Assembly (NCBI GenBank): GCA_046498225.1
Contig: JAWOBF010000061.1
Coordinates: forward strand, 10,396-74,395
DNA: 64,000 nt
Source of the DNA: Candidatus Aegiribacteria sp.
GTDB lineage: Bacteria > Fermentibacterota > Fermentibacteria > Fermentibacterales > JCC-6
Direction of reading: 5' to 3'
Shown here piece after piece: positions 46,439 to 56,271 of this stretch (within the stretch, counting starts at the first letter, position 1; each line of letters starts with the position of its first letter). The notes beneath the pieces were generated by a model. It was not told where the DNA came from. It saw only the letters and a program-made list of their open reading frames with translations, and ran no database searches. Made by a program: the position numbers and the translations under genes.

Positions 46439-48293
46439 TCTTTTCCAGCAGCTGGGAATGGGTTCCCCTTTCAAATATGCGTCCGTCCTCCACGTAGAGC
46501 ACTTTTGTGGCCTTGGTGATAGTGCTCAGCCTGTGGGCTATGACCAGGGAGGTCCTTCCCTCCATCAGGCCGTCTATGGCCTTCTGGACCATCCTCTCCG
46601 AATGGGTGTCCAGGGCGGAGGTGGCCTCGTCGAATATGAGGATGTCAGGGTCCTTCAGCACCGCCCTGGCTATTGCTATCCTCTGCTTCTGCCCCCCCGA
46701 GAGCCTGGTTCCCCTCTCCCCTATCACCGTATCGAAGCCCAGTGGAAGCTCCCTGATGAACTCCATCGCGTTGGCCACCCTGGACGCCAGTTCGACCTTC
46801 TGCATGGGAATGTCCTGTTCACCGTACGCGATGTTGTTCCTTATGGTGTCGTTGAAGAGCACGGTCTCCTGGGTGACCACTCCCAGGCTCCTGCGCAGAG
46901 CTTCCAGGTCGATGCTCCTCAGGTCGAAGCCGTCTATGGTTATCCTTCCGGAGTCCGGGTCGTAGAACCTTGGTATAAGGTCGGCTATGGTGCTCTTACC
47001 CCCTCCGCTGGGACCTACCAGGGCCACTATCTCCCCCCTTTTCATGGAGAAGGAGATATCCTTGAGGACCGGCTCATCGCCGCCGTAGCTGAAGCAGACA
47101 TCCAGGAAATCGATGCTTTCCCGGAAGGAATCGAAGGGAACCGGGTGGGCGGACTGAATTACCGACGGTTTCCTGTCCATCAGTTTGAAGACCCTTTCCG
47201 CAGAAGCGAGCCCGCTCTGTATCCTGCTGTTGGCCTTGCTTATGGTCTTTATCGGGCTCATCATGGACAGTGCTGCGGCCAGGAACACAAGGAAGCGTCC
47301 GGTAGTCAGGTCGCCGCCCGAAAGTATCGCCTTTCCGCCGTACCACATTATGAAGCCGCTGGCGATGGCCCCCATGGTCTCCGTCACCGGGCTGGCTAAC
47401 GCCCTCTCCCTCTGCAGCGATGTCTCCGTCTTCCTGTGCACGTCCAGCATTCCCGCGAACCTGCGGGACTCGAACCGCTCCATGGAAAAGGCCTTGACTA
47501 TGCGTATGCCGAAGATGGTCTCCTGCAGAATGGCCGAGAAATCCGCCAGCCTCTCCTGGGAGGTATGGGTCTTCTTCCGAAGCCTCCTGCTCAGGACCAG
47601 GATGAACAGCATGGCCGGCGGGAAGACCAGCAGCGTTATCAGCGCCAGCCTCCATGAAGCCCACAGGGCCAGCCCCAGATAAACCAGGAGAAGCACCACC
47701 TGCCTGGGAACGCTCATCAGCATCTCCGTCATGGCCCAGTTCATGTTGCCCACGTCGGAGGTGAACCTGGCCATAACGTCGCCGGCCCTGGCGGACGTAT
47801 AGAATCCCATGTCCAGCTCCAGCAGATGGTCGTAGAGTTTTGCGCGAATGTCGGTCACCACGCCCTGCTCCGCCCTGGATAGGAAGAACACCTGCATGAA
47901 GCCCAGCAGGTTCTTCAGGATAACTATGATAAGCAGCCCGACTATTATCACCGCGAGCACCTGCGCCGGGTCCGCCTGGCGGAAGGTAGTCCTCAGTCCC
48001 TCCACCAGGTCCCCCCCCGCGGAGAATGTCTCCCCCGGATCCAGTGACTCTACTCCGGAGCCCATCCTGGAGAGGGCGTTCCCGGTATTTTCCCTCAGCA
48101 CCGGAAGGAGTTCTCCCCCCTCCCTGGGCAGGTCTTCCCTGGTGAGCACGTCATCGAAGAGGGGGAGTATCATTCCCAGGGAGGCCCCGCTGAACAGGGC
48201 GAAGAACAGCATGCACAGCATGGCCCCGGTCATCCACCTCCAGTATGGCCTGACAAAAGAGAGTATTCTGAGGACGGTACTTTTCTTTTTCAT
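46392..48293 (-). CDS. ABC transporter permease/ATPase, MsbA-like
   Basis: TMD plus GPSGGGKST, LSGGQKQR, DEATSALD; adjacent to GT9. Confidence 0.9.
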   Translation of the reverse strand: MKKKSTVLRILSFVRPYWRWMTGAMLCMLFFALFSGASLGMILPLFDDVLTREDLPREGGELLPVLRENTGNALSRMGSGVESLDPGETFSAGGDLVEGLRTTFRQADPAQVLAVIIVGLLIIVILKNLLGFMQVFFLSRAEQGVVTDIRAKLYDHLLELDMGFYTSARAGDVMARFTSDVGNMNWAMTEMLMSVPRQVVLLLVYLGLALWASWRLALITLLVFPPAMLFILVLSRRLRKKTHTSQERLADFSAILQETIFGIRIVKAFSMERFESRRFAGMLDVHRKTETSLQRERALASPVTETMGAIASGFIMWYGGKAILSGGDLTTGRFLVFLAAALSMMSPIKTISKANSRIQSGLASAERVFKLMDRKPSVIQSAHPVPFDSFRESIDFLDVCFSYGGDEPVLKDISFSMKRGEIVALVGPSGGGKSTIADLIPRFYDPDSGRITIDGFDLRSIDLEALRRSLGVVTQETVLFNDTIRNNIAYGEQDIPMQKVELASRVANAMEFIRELPLGFDTVIGERGTRLSGGQKQRIAIARAVLKDPDILIFDEATSALDTHSERMVQKAIDGLMEGRTSLVIAHRLSTITKATKVLYVEDGRIFERGTHSQLLEKNGKYRKLYDLQFAGQ

Positions 48294-48416
48294 GGTAGAC
48301 ACTATCTTTGCTATAAATGTCGTTCAGGTCAAGTAATTCCGGACTGGAACCAAATTGACCCTTTCGGGTATATTACCTGTAAAGAGTGCGACACCAGGCT
48401 TGAAGGGTGTGATGCT

Positions 48417-49010
48417 TTGAACGGAAGAATCATTACGGCAAAAAGGACCAGGAAGGATCCGAGGTCCGATTCGCAGCTGATGATAGACCTCTGCAACGGC
48501 GATGAAGATGCCTTCTCAGAGGTGATAAGACGTTTCCAGGCACCGATATATTCCCTCCTTATCAGAATGCTGGGAAACGAGGAGGACGCCCAGGAAATGC
48601 TCCAGCTCACCTTCTGCAGGGTCTACAGGTACCGGGAGAAGTTCGACCCCGACCGGAAGCTGGTGAACTGGATATTCACCATAGCCAGCAACCTGGCGAA
48701 GAAGGAGTGGCGCAGAAGGTCACGCTGGATAAGCGTTCCCCTGGAACACGCCAACCTGACCAGCCCCGGCAAGACGGCGCCCCATTACAGCGCAGGACGG
48801 GTGGAGCTGCGCGCCTCCATCGAAGAGGCGGTGGACAGGCTCCCACCTCATTACCGGGAACCCTTCATACTCAGGGAACAGGAACAGATGTCCTACGAGG
48901 ACATAGCCGAAGTGCTGAACATCCGCCTGGGAACCGTAAAATCCAGGATAAACAGGGCCCGGAGCCGCCTGAGGGAACTGCTGGGCGACGTATGGGAAGA
49001 ATGGAAATGA
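48417..49010 (+). CDS. ECF RNA polymerase sigma factor
   Basis: DAQEMLQLTF, WIFTIASN, SYEDIAEVL...GTVKSRINRAR. Confidence 0.93.
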   Translation: MNGRIITAKRTRKDPRSDSQLMIDLCNGDEDAFSEVIRRFQAPIYSLLIRMLGNEEDAQEMLQLTFCRVYRYREKFDPDRKLVNWIFTIASNLAKKEWRRRSRWISVPLEHANLTSPGKTAPHYSAGRVELRASIEEAVDRLPPHYREPFILREQEQMSYEDIAEVLNIRLGTVKSRINRARSRLRELLGDVWEEWK

Positions 49011-49477
49011 ACTGCTCCAGAGCACAGAGACTCATCAGCCTCGTTATAGACGGTCAGGCCACCCGGCAGCAGAAGAGACTGCTGGATTTCCACCTCATGG
49101 GCTGTTCCAGTTGCAGAAGGGCCATGGAGATGTCCAGGGACATATCCAGAGTGGCCCGGACGCTTCAGTCACCCCCTCCTCCGGAAGACCTGGAGAAGAG
49201 GGTGCGGCGAATGCTCGATTCCGGCGCAGACCGCGTGCATTACCTTCACCGGAGGCGCAGCGCCTTCCTCACCATCCCCGCGGCAGCCGCCATTCTCATT
49301 CTTGCCATAGCGCTTCTTCCGCTGTCATCCCCGGAGGAACCGCTGCGCAATTCATCCAGTCCCGCCCTGGCCGTGCATGACAGCAAGGGTATCGAGACCC
49401 GTGTTCCATCCAAGTCCGGCGTCAGGACAGTCCCGCTTTCCGCATACTCAAGGCAGGCAAGCCTCATCTCCTTCTGA
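49007..49477 (+). CDS. Zinc-finger (zf-HC2) membrane anti-sigma factor
   Basis: MNCSRAQRLI...HLMGCSSC; one TM; ATGA overlap with the sigma gene. Confidence 0.88.
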   Translation: MNCSRAQRLISLVIDGQATRQQKRLLDFHLMGCSSCRRAMEMSRDISRVARTLQSPPPPEDLEKRVRRMLDSGADRVHYLHRRRSAFLTIPAAAAILILAIALLPLSSPEEPLRNSSSPALAVHDSKGIETRVPSKSGVRTVPLSAYSRQASLISF

Positions 49478-49483
49478 GGCATA

Positions 49484-50353
49484 ATGATCAATCTTCTGCT
49501 GATAATCCTGGTATCGGCGGTTCAGAGTTCCTTCATGGACGACGTTCATACGGTGAGGGTGGCCGACTCTCCCGGAAGCATAGAACTCTGCACTTCGGTT
49601 GCCATATCCTCCAGGCATGCCGCGGTGCTCTCCCTCTTCTCCATCGGTGACAGCGTATCGGTGGAAACTCCGTCCGGATTCCACTACCCCGATTCTATCA
49701 TAGCTTCTCCGGACCTGGGAATGATGATCATGTGCTTTGACGAAGGTATCTTCGACAGCTACCAGGAGCCATCCACCGCAGTTCCCTCCATAGGCGACGA
49801 GGTGACCATAGTAGGACAGGGCCTCAACGGCCTGATAGAGGTGCGCGGCCATGCCCGGGAGAGGTATCCCGACGGTTCTTTCCTCGTATCGGCCGGCCTG
49901 AGGGACGGTCTGATGGGGGCCGCCGTCTTCAGCGACGGCGGCGACTTCCTGGGAATGATAACCGGCATAATCAGTACATCCCGACAGTTTCCGAGCAACG
50001 CCGGCCGCGAGTATCTCGTACTCTATCCCAGTCAGATATGGTACATGTGGGCCATGATGGCTGTCATGGAGAAAGGCCCCTCATCACAGCACTCCTTCGG
50101 TGTCACAGCCCTGTCCAGCATATCCCTGACAGACACCCGCCCTTCCGGAATACACCTGGTATCGGTTCATCCGGGCAGCATGGCCTGGGAATGCGGCCTT
50201 CGGCCGGGGGACCTGATCACGCACATAGACAGCACACCGGTATACCACCCCGAGACCCTCAGGGGCCTGCTTATACTTTCGGAGGACACCCTCGCTGCCA
50301 GGGTCATGAGGGAGAACTATCAGCGGGAGATATTCATACCTCCCTTCCAGTAG
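49484..50353 (+). CDS. HtrA/DegS-like trypsin-PDZ protein lacking the catalytic Ser
   Basis: Signal peptide; IGDEVTIVG; GLMGAAVFSDGGDFLGM in place of GNSGG; PDZ motif GLRPGDLITHID. Confidence 0.72.
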   Translation: MINLLLIILVSAVQSSFMDDVHTVRVADSPGSIELCTSVAISSRHAAVLSLFSIGDSVSVETPSGFHYPDSIIASPDLGMMIMCFDEGIFDSYQEPSTAVPSIGDEVTIVGQGLNGLIEVRGHARERYPDGSFLVSAGLRDGLMGAAVFSDGGDFLGMITGIISTSRQFPSNAGREYLVLYPSQIWYMWAMMAVMEKGPSSQHSFGVTALSSISLTDTRPSGIHLVSVHPGSMAWECGLRPGDLITHIDSTPVYHPETLRGLLILSEDTLAARVMRENYQREIFIPPFQ

Positions 50354-50458
50354 CCGCGGCTGACCTGACGATTATGCCTGCCCTCCGCTAACTTGGAACT
50401 GGCCCTTTGACCGATGACCGCCGGGACTGCTCCGGCCATTGCCGGCAGGAACTTCTGC

Positions 50459-50488
50459 TTGACTTGGTTTGTTGAACTTTTGTATCAT
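50459..50488 (+). promoter_or_regulatory. Candidate sigma70 promoter for the sulfatase-like gene
   Basis: TTGACT-18 nt-TATCAT. Confidence 0.5.
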
Positions 50489-50553
50489 CTCCGGGCTATA
50501 TATCTCTTGTCAGCCAGACATGCCATATCATCCTGCAAACTGGGAGTTGGATC

Positions 50554-51912
50554 ATGAAATACGTGTTGAATGCAGCCGCATTGCTCATACTGGTGTTCTC
50601 GCTATTCACATCCTGCGCCAATATCGATGAGGATGCAGCGGGACCTCCCGAAAATCCCAGACAGAACATAGTGCTGATAATCATCGATACCCTCAGAGCC
50701 GATCACCTTTCGTCCTACGGATATTCCAGGAATACCTCGCCTGCGCTGGACAGCCTTGCCGGCAGCGGAACCATGTGGACAAACGCCCAGGCACAGGCGC
50801 CATGGACCCTTCCATCACATGCCACCATCTGGACCGGACTCTCAGTGAGGTCCCACAGAACCCTCAATCCAATTGCGGTGAGCGATGACAGCGACGAAGT
50901 GGTCAAGCTCATCTACAAGCTGGATACTGATCTTCCGTCATTGCCGGTTCTGCTGAACGATGCCGGTTTTTCGACCCGAGGCCTGGCGAATTTCACCATA
51001 CTCAGCGACCTTTACGGATTTGACCAGGGATTTGACCAGTACTCGTGTCATATCAACGGGGAAGGCAGGGCCGGTGTAAGCGTGGACTCGCTGATCATCT
51101 GGCTGGAAGACCATCACCGGGAGAGGTTCTTCTGCATGCTGCACCTCTACGATGTGCATTCCCCCTACGCTCCGCCGGCGCCCTACAACACCGCTTTTCA
51201 GGACGACCCGGACGCCCGGTTCTTCGACTGGGAACTGGAAGGGGACAGCATACTCAACCGGGACGGGCTGCCCCTGGCCATCGATCTCTACGATGGAGAG
51301 ATAAGGTGGGTGGACGACAGTTTGAGCAGGCTTTTCGCCTGGCTCAGGCGTAAAGGGCTGGAGGACGAGACTCTGGTAGTGGTAGTGTCCGACCACGGCG
51401 AGGAATTCCTGGAGCACGGATGGGTGCTTCACGGGAACACCCTCTATCAGGAAGCGCTTCATGTTCCCCTGATCATGTCCGGACCCGGGATCGAACCCGG
51501 AGGGGTGGATTCCACATGGGTCGGACTGTTCGACATCCTGCCCACTCTGATCGCCTGGGCGGGAATTGAGTCCGATGCACAGTTCGATGGCACTGATATT
51601 CTAGGTTCCCCCGATCCGGACAGAACAATTCCCTCCAGCGGGCCATCGCCTCTTCCCTGGCAGGAACAGTGGCCCATCGCTTCCGTCGTTTCCGGTTCAG
51701 TGAAGACCATCATGATGAATGATATGGAGGACTTCGTAACTTATAAGCTGGCCGAAGATCCGGCCGAGCTGAATCCGCTTCCGGGGGATTCATCGGGCAT
51801 CCAGGACGTGCTCTACTACTGGGCATCTCCCCAGATCGGTCATCCCGATTTCGCCGAATCGGATTCGAGATCCATTCAGGCCCTGAAGGACCTGGGCTAT
51901 ATCAATGACTGA
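50554..51912 (+). CDS. Sulfatase-like lipoprotein (alkaline phosphatase superfamily)
   Basis: LFTSC lipobox, IDTLRADHL, WTLPSHATIWTG, YDGEI, SDHGEEF. Confidence 0.88.
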   Translation: MKYVLNAAALLILVFSLFTSCANIDEDAAGPPENPRQNIVLIIIDTLRADHLSSYGYSRNTSPALDSLAGSGTMWTNAQAQAPWTLPSHATIWTGLSVRSHRTLNPIAVSDDSDEVVKLIYKLDTDLPSLPVLLNDAGFSTRGLANFTILSDLYGFDQGFDQYSCHINGEGRAGVSVDSLIIWLEDHHRERFFCMLHLYDVHSPYAPPAPYNTAFQDDPDARFFDWELEGDSILNRDGLPLAIDLYDGEIRWVDDSLSRLFAWLRRKGLEDETLVVVVSDHGEEFLEHGWVLHGNTLYQEALHVPLIMSGPGIEPGGVDSTWVGLFDILPTLIAWAGIESDAQFDGTDILGSPDPDRTIPSSGPSPLPWQEQWPIASVVSGSVKTIMMNDMEDFVTYKLAEDPAELNPLPGDSSGIQDVLYYWASPQIGHPDFAESDSRSIQALKDLGYIND

Positions 51913-52113
51913 TCGTCGGGCATGAGTTCCCGTACACCTCCGGCCGTCCTTCCGGAATACATCCGATAAGCGTTCATCCTTCAACGGTTGTTATCTATTC
52001 CGCATCCCGTTATCATGAACCCCGGGTAACGGATTGAGCCTATAGAGCAGACAGTTTGAGGGTATGGAATACAGCCATCCGTTTTCTGCTCCGGACTCCG
52101 GAACCGGTGGATC

Positions 52114-52935
52114 ATGGGGGTCAGCTTGGGAATGATCGGAAAGAAACAGGTAGGGGTCCTGCTCGGGAGAGATCCGATCTTTGCGGTGAAACTCGCGGCA
52201 AGGCTGCTCCTTGCACCCAAAGTGCTGGTGAACCTGCTTGCCGGCCGCACCGATGATATGCCGGTCCGGTACTATGAGATAGGCAGGGACCTGCTCCTCA
52301 AATACAACAGGATAAGGTTCGAAAAGGAATACTCCGATACCGCTGCCATCGATTTCGGAACTCTGAAGGATATGCTCGGGAAGGACCATGGCCCGCACTA
52401 CCGGCAGAGGTCGGTGGTGAAGTGGAACAGTTTCCTCTATACGGTTTGCAGGTTACTGAAGCCGAAGACCGTTGTTGAGACCGGTGTCTACTGGGGACTC
52501 TCGTCAACCAGCATTCTGGAGGCACTCGGACAGGTCGGACCCGGAAGGCTCCACTCCATCGATCTGACTCCCGAAAGGCTCCGTTCGCGGGGTCTGGCAT
52601 CCGGCGTGATAGTCCCCGAAAGGCTTCGGGAAGGATGGGATCTCCGACTAGGTAAATCGAGGACGCTGCTGCCGGAACTGCTCACCTCGCTGGGCACCGT
52701 CGACATATTCATACATGACAGTGAGCATACCTATGATAACATGATGTTCGAATACAGCACCGCCTGGCCTCATATCAGAAAGGGCGGCCTCCTCGTCTCG
52801 CACGATGTCAGCTCCGACGGCGGACCGTTCCCCGATTTCGCCGAGAGCAGGGGGATAAGGTACCATGTGCGGGACATGATCGGCTTTGCCGTCAAGAACC
52901 AGCTTCCGCCCCTCTCTCCGTCCGAACCTACCTGA
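52114..52935 (+). CDS. Class I SAM-dependent methyltransferase
   Basis: VETGVYWGLSS, SIDL, FIHDSEHTY, GGLLVSHDV. Confidence 0.88.
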   Translation: MGVSLGMIGKKQVGVLLGRDPIFAVKLAARLLLAPKVLVNLLAGRTDDMPVRYYEIGRDLLLKYNRIRFEKEYSDTAAIDFGTLKDMLGKDHGPHYRQRSVVKWNSFLYTVCRLLKPKTVVETGVYWGLSSTSILEALGQVGPGRLHSIDLTPERLRSRGLASGVIVPERLREGWDLRLGKSRTLLPELLTSLGTVDIFIHDSEHTYDNMMFEYSTAWPHIRKGGLLVSHDVSSDGGPFPDFAESRGIRYHVRDMIGFAVKNQLPPLSPSEPT

Positions 52936-53905
52936 CGAGTATGTAGACCTTCCGTTCCTCCTGGGAGCAGAGGACGGCCATGTTCCCTGACCGTGTGATA
53001 TCAATACTGACGGGAAGTCCGAAATCCATGGTCCTCAGAAGGGTCTCCCCGTTCTCGGCCACCACCATCAGACCCGAGTTCGCGCAGGAGGCGAAAGCGT
53101 GCAGACCGTCCGGCATCGATGCCGCGGCTGAAGGGGTCTCCGGAAATGTAATCATCTTGTAGAGCTTGCAGTCGATGGTCCTGATGAACCACAGTTCATT
53201 GCTGCCCCCGGTTATGGCGCACACGTAACCCGAAGGGCCCGGAAACAGGTCAATAACCTCACCGGGGACGGATACCCTTCCCAGTTCCGACCAGCTCCCG
53301 GTCTCCCATCCGGCTATCACTCCCTCGTTCCCCAGGGCGGCAAAGAGGGCTCCGTTGTCACCCGACGCAAGTCCCTGGCAGTTCTCCGCCAGAGGCTCCT
53401 TCAGGACGGCAGCCTCCATGCTGGCCAGGTTCAGCTGGGCCAGGCTGTCATTCTCCAGGGCAACCCAGGCGAGGTCCCCCGCGGGAGAAACGGCCATGAA
53501 GCTTCCCGGAGCGCTCAGTTTAACAGGCGTTCCCAGACCGGGAGCCGCCAGGTCCACCGGGTATACCCCGGGCCCGGCAAGGACGTAACCGTAGCCGTCC
53601 ACATCGCTGTCCGCTATGTCGTCAATCTCCACGCCGGTATCAAGAACACCGATGGTCTCACCCGCGTAGAGGTCTATGACCGCCAGGCCGCTTCCGGCGG
53701 CCACCAGCGCCACTTCACTGTTCGTCATGCACTTGCACAGGACCGGTTGACCCGTGCTCTCCAGCGATACCGTGGCTGCCAGTTCGCTGGGGAAACCCGG
53801 TTCCTCAGGCTCCGAATCGAAGATACAGGCGGATGACAGTAGACAGAGCGCCAGCCCCCCCGCCATCAGAACTTCCCCGGCCATATGCTGAGCGGTTCTA
53901 TTCAA
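52928..53905 (-). CDS. Lipoprotein, beta-propeller (YncE-like)
   Basis: LLSSAC lipobox; repeated beta-rich blades such as MAVSPAGDLAWVA. Confidence 0.7.
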   Translation of the reverse strand: MNRTAQHMAGEVLMAGGLALCLLSSACIFDSEPEEPGFPSELAATVSLESTGQPVLCKCMTNSEVALVAAGSGLAVIDLYAGETIGVLDTGVEIDDIADSDVDGYGYVLAGPGVYPVDLAAPGLGTPVKLSAPGSFMAVSPAGDLAWVALENDSLAQLNLASMEAAVLKEPLAENCQGLASGDNGALFAALGNEGVIAGWETGSWSELGRVSVPGEVIDLFPGPSGYVCAITGGSNELWFIRTIDCKLYKMITFPETPSAAASMPDGLHAFASCANSGLMVVAENGETLLRTMDFGLPVSIDITRSGNMAVLCSQEERKVYILVR

Positions 53906-54665
53906 TACTGAAACTGCCTTTTATACCCGCCCAGGTGCGTGAGTCCAGGTCGGACTGGTAGCCCGGGGCGACGCAGGCCGACCATCCCCTGAAAGCGGGT
54001 TCCGGAAGCTGGATCACCACCATGCCCATGCTGTTGAAGCAGTAGATGAAGCCGGTCTGGGATTCGATGGACTCGGCCGTCCAGAAGTACTCGCCGTCAT
54101 GGCTCAGACCTCTGCAGTCCGGGCTGGGAGGTTCGAAGGTCAGGGAGGTATCCTGGACCAGTTCCGGCCATTCACTGACGTCCCATGCCCTTATCAGTCC
54201 GTCGTCGTTGAGCGTCCACAGCCTGTCGTAGGCCCAGGTGGACCCCAGGACGTCCAGATCGAAGGACGCCGTGGACCCTCCGCTGCCGTCGGGCGAGTAG
54301 CGGTTCATGTTCCATTCCGTCACGTAGAGGAATTCCCCGTCGTAACCCAGATCGTAGAAGTAGTACAGTGACCAGTCGTCGATCACCAGGTCCAGCTGGC
54401 CGGTCTGAATGTCCAGAATGTACGATCGGGGAGCGAAGGCCTCGGCCACGTGAACCTCCCCCTCCACCACCTCAAGGTCGCACAGTCTGTGATAATCGTA
54501 CTGGTACCAGTCGTAGACGGTTCCGTCCATGGACATGATGTAAATCCTTGAATCGAAGTTCTGGTAGGCTGTGAACACTATCACGTCCTCGCCCCTGCTG
54601 CCGGCGGCGAAGCCGCAGAGCATCACCAGAGTTACCGCCGCGCGGTGAAGGCGGAATATTCCCAT
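53898..54665 (-). CDS. Secreted beta-rich protein with C-terminal TWAGIK motif
   Basis: Signal peptide; YDGEFLYV and HDGEYFWT repeats; ends RTWAGIKGSFSIE. Confidence 0.7.
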   Translation of the reverse strand: MGIFRLHRAAVTLVMLCGFAAGSRGEDVIVFTAYQNFDSRIYIMSMDGTVYDWYQYDYHRLCDLEVVEGEVHVAEAFAPRSYILDIQTGQLDLVIDDWSLYYFYDLGYDGEFLYVTEWNMNRYSPDGSGGSTASFDLDVLGSTWAYDRLWTLNDDGLIRAWDVSEWPELVQDTSLTFEPPSPDCRGLSHDGEYFWTAESIESQTGFIYCFNSMGMVVIQLPEPAFRGWSACVAPGYQSDLDSRTWAGIKGSFSIE

Positions 54666-54743
54666 AGCTCTATAATCCTCTCCGTATGCTTCCATGTGCA
54701 CTGATTATGATAAGGGAGTCTCCGATCCTTAGCAACCGAGAGG

Positions 54744-55157
54744 TCAGCCCACTACCGTGACCCTCATCTCCCTCTTCCTGGGCCGGTTGTCATGGTCCAC
54801 CAGGACTATCTGCTGCCAGGTCCCTGTCAGCACCCTGCCCTCCGAAACCGGAAGCGTCACTCCCGGTCCCATCAGTGAAGCCCTCATATGGGAGAAGCCG
54901 TTGTCATCGCCCCAGGTCTCCGAATGGCGCGAGCGTATCTCCCGGGAGACAAGCTTCTCCAGGAGCTCCTTCATGTCCTCCACAAGGGCCGGTTCGTACT
55001 CGATGGTGGTCACCGAGGCTGTGGAGCCGGTTACGGTCACCGCCACCAGGCCTTCCTCTATTCCCGATTCGGACACTATGGACCGAACCTCACCGCTTAC
55101 GTTCACAATGTCCGAGAATCCGTTGCTGCTTACCGTTATCGATCTTCCATGCACCAT
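54744..55157 (-). CDS. yjbQ: YjbQ / UPF0047 family protein
   Basis: GSTASVTTIEYE, NGFSHMRASLMG, GTWQQI. Confidence 0.9.
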   Translation of the reverse strand: MVHGRSITVSSNGFSDIVNVSGEVRSIVSESGIEEGLVAVTVTGSTASVTTIEYEPALVEDMKELLEKLVSREIRSRHSETWGDDNGFSHMRASLMGPGVTLPVSEGRVLTGTWQQIVLVDHDNRPRKREMRVTVVG

Positions 55158-55286
55158 ACCGCGGTTCCTTTCCTTGTTGCCGTCCCATTTCCCGGTGGGT
55201 GTCCCCCCGGATTCCTCCTGCTATGATATCCATTAACCGGTCCTGATTCCAGTGTTACTGCCACAGAGGAAGAACGAAGGAGAAGG

Positions 55287-56261
55287 ATGGGACTCAGAGT
55301 GCTGATGGACGGTGACTGGGATGAACACCGTCTGCAACGGCTGAAGGACCTTCTCAGGGAAGACGTCAGCCTCTCCATTGACCCCTCCGGGGGAGACTAT
55401 CAGGTGCTTGTGTCCGGAAGGCCCGCCCCGGAGCTGGTCACTGCGCCCGGCCTGCGCTGCCTTCTCATACCCTGGGCGGGCCTTCCCGGGGAAACACGCC
55501 GCCTGATGATGTCCCACCGTGATGTCTCGGTCCACAACATCCACCACAACGCCGCCTCTGCGGCGGAGCTGGCCCTCGGGCTGATGCTGGCCGCGGCCAG
55601 GAGGATAGTGGTGGCGGACAGCCATCTGAGAAGGGGCGACTGGACTCCGCGATACAGGCAGGAGGACTCCATCCTCGTCAGCGGCAGCGGGGTTCTGGTA
55701 CTGGGCTACGGCCATCTGGGCGAAAAGCTGGGGGAGGCCTGTTCCGCCCTGGGGGCCACTGTCCGGGGCATCAGACGCAGCGTTACCCGCATGAGGATGT
55801 CCGGCAGCGTCACCCTCCACCCTCCGGAATCCCTTCACCTCCTGCTGGAGGACAGCGACATAGTTTTCCTCTGCCTTCCCCTCACCGATGAGACCCGCGG
55901 CATCATGGGCTCCGCCGAACTGAGCCTCATGCACGAAAGGTCCATCCTGGTCAATGTGGGAAGAGGCGCCCTGGTGGACGAGGAAGCCCTCTACAGGAGC
56001 CTTGCAACCGGTTCCATAGGCGCCGCGGGTATCGATGTATGGTACAGCTACCCCTCATCCCCTGAAGAGAGATGCTCCACGCAACCCTCCAGATACCCCT
56101 TCTCCGAACTGGACAACGTAGTTATGACTCCTCACATGGGAGGCGCTTTCGGTTCGGAGATGCTGGAAAGGTCCCGGACCGTTCAGCTGGCCGAATCCAT
56201 AAACGCGTTCGCCGACAAGGGGGAAATGCCCTGGAAGGTGGACCTGGACCGGGGATACTGA
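55287..56261 (+). CDS. D-isomer-specific 2-hydroxyacid dehydrogenase family
   Basis: AELALGL, GYGHLG, PLTDETRG, NVGRG, DVW, TPHMGG. Confidence 0.92.
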   Translation: MGLRVLMDGDWDEHRLQRLKDLLREDVSLSIDPSGGDYQVLVSGRPAPELVTAPGLRCLLIPWAGLPGETRRLMMSHRDVSVHNIHHNAASAAELALGLMLAAARRIVVADSHLRRGDWTPRYRQEDSILVSGSGVLVLGYGHLGEKLGEACSALGATVRGIRRSVTRMRMSGSVTLHPPESLHLLLEDSDIVFLCLPLTDETRGIMGSAELSLMHERSILVNVGRGALVDEEALYRSLATGSIGAAGIDVWYSYPSSPEERCSTQPSRYPFSELDNVVMTPHMGGAFGSEMLERSRTVQLAESINAFADKGEMPWKVDLDRGY

Positions 56262-56271
56262 ACCGCGAATT

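Noticed and set aside
50400..52935. Slightly more AT-rich sulfatase/methyltransferase segment as a horizontally acquired island
   Set aside because: The shift is modest by eye and was not computed; no mobility genes or boundary repeats.
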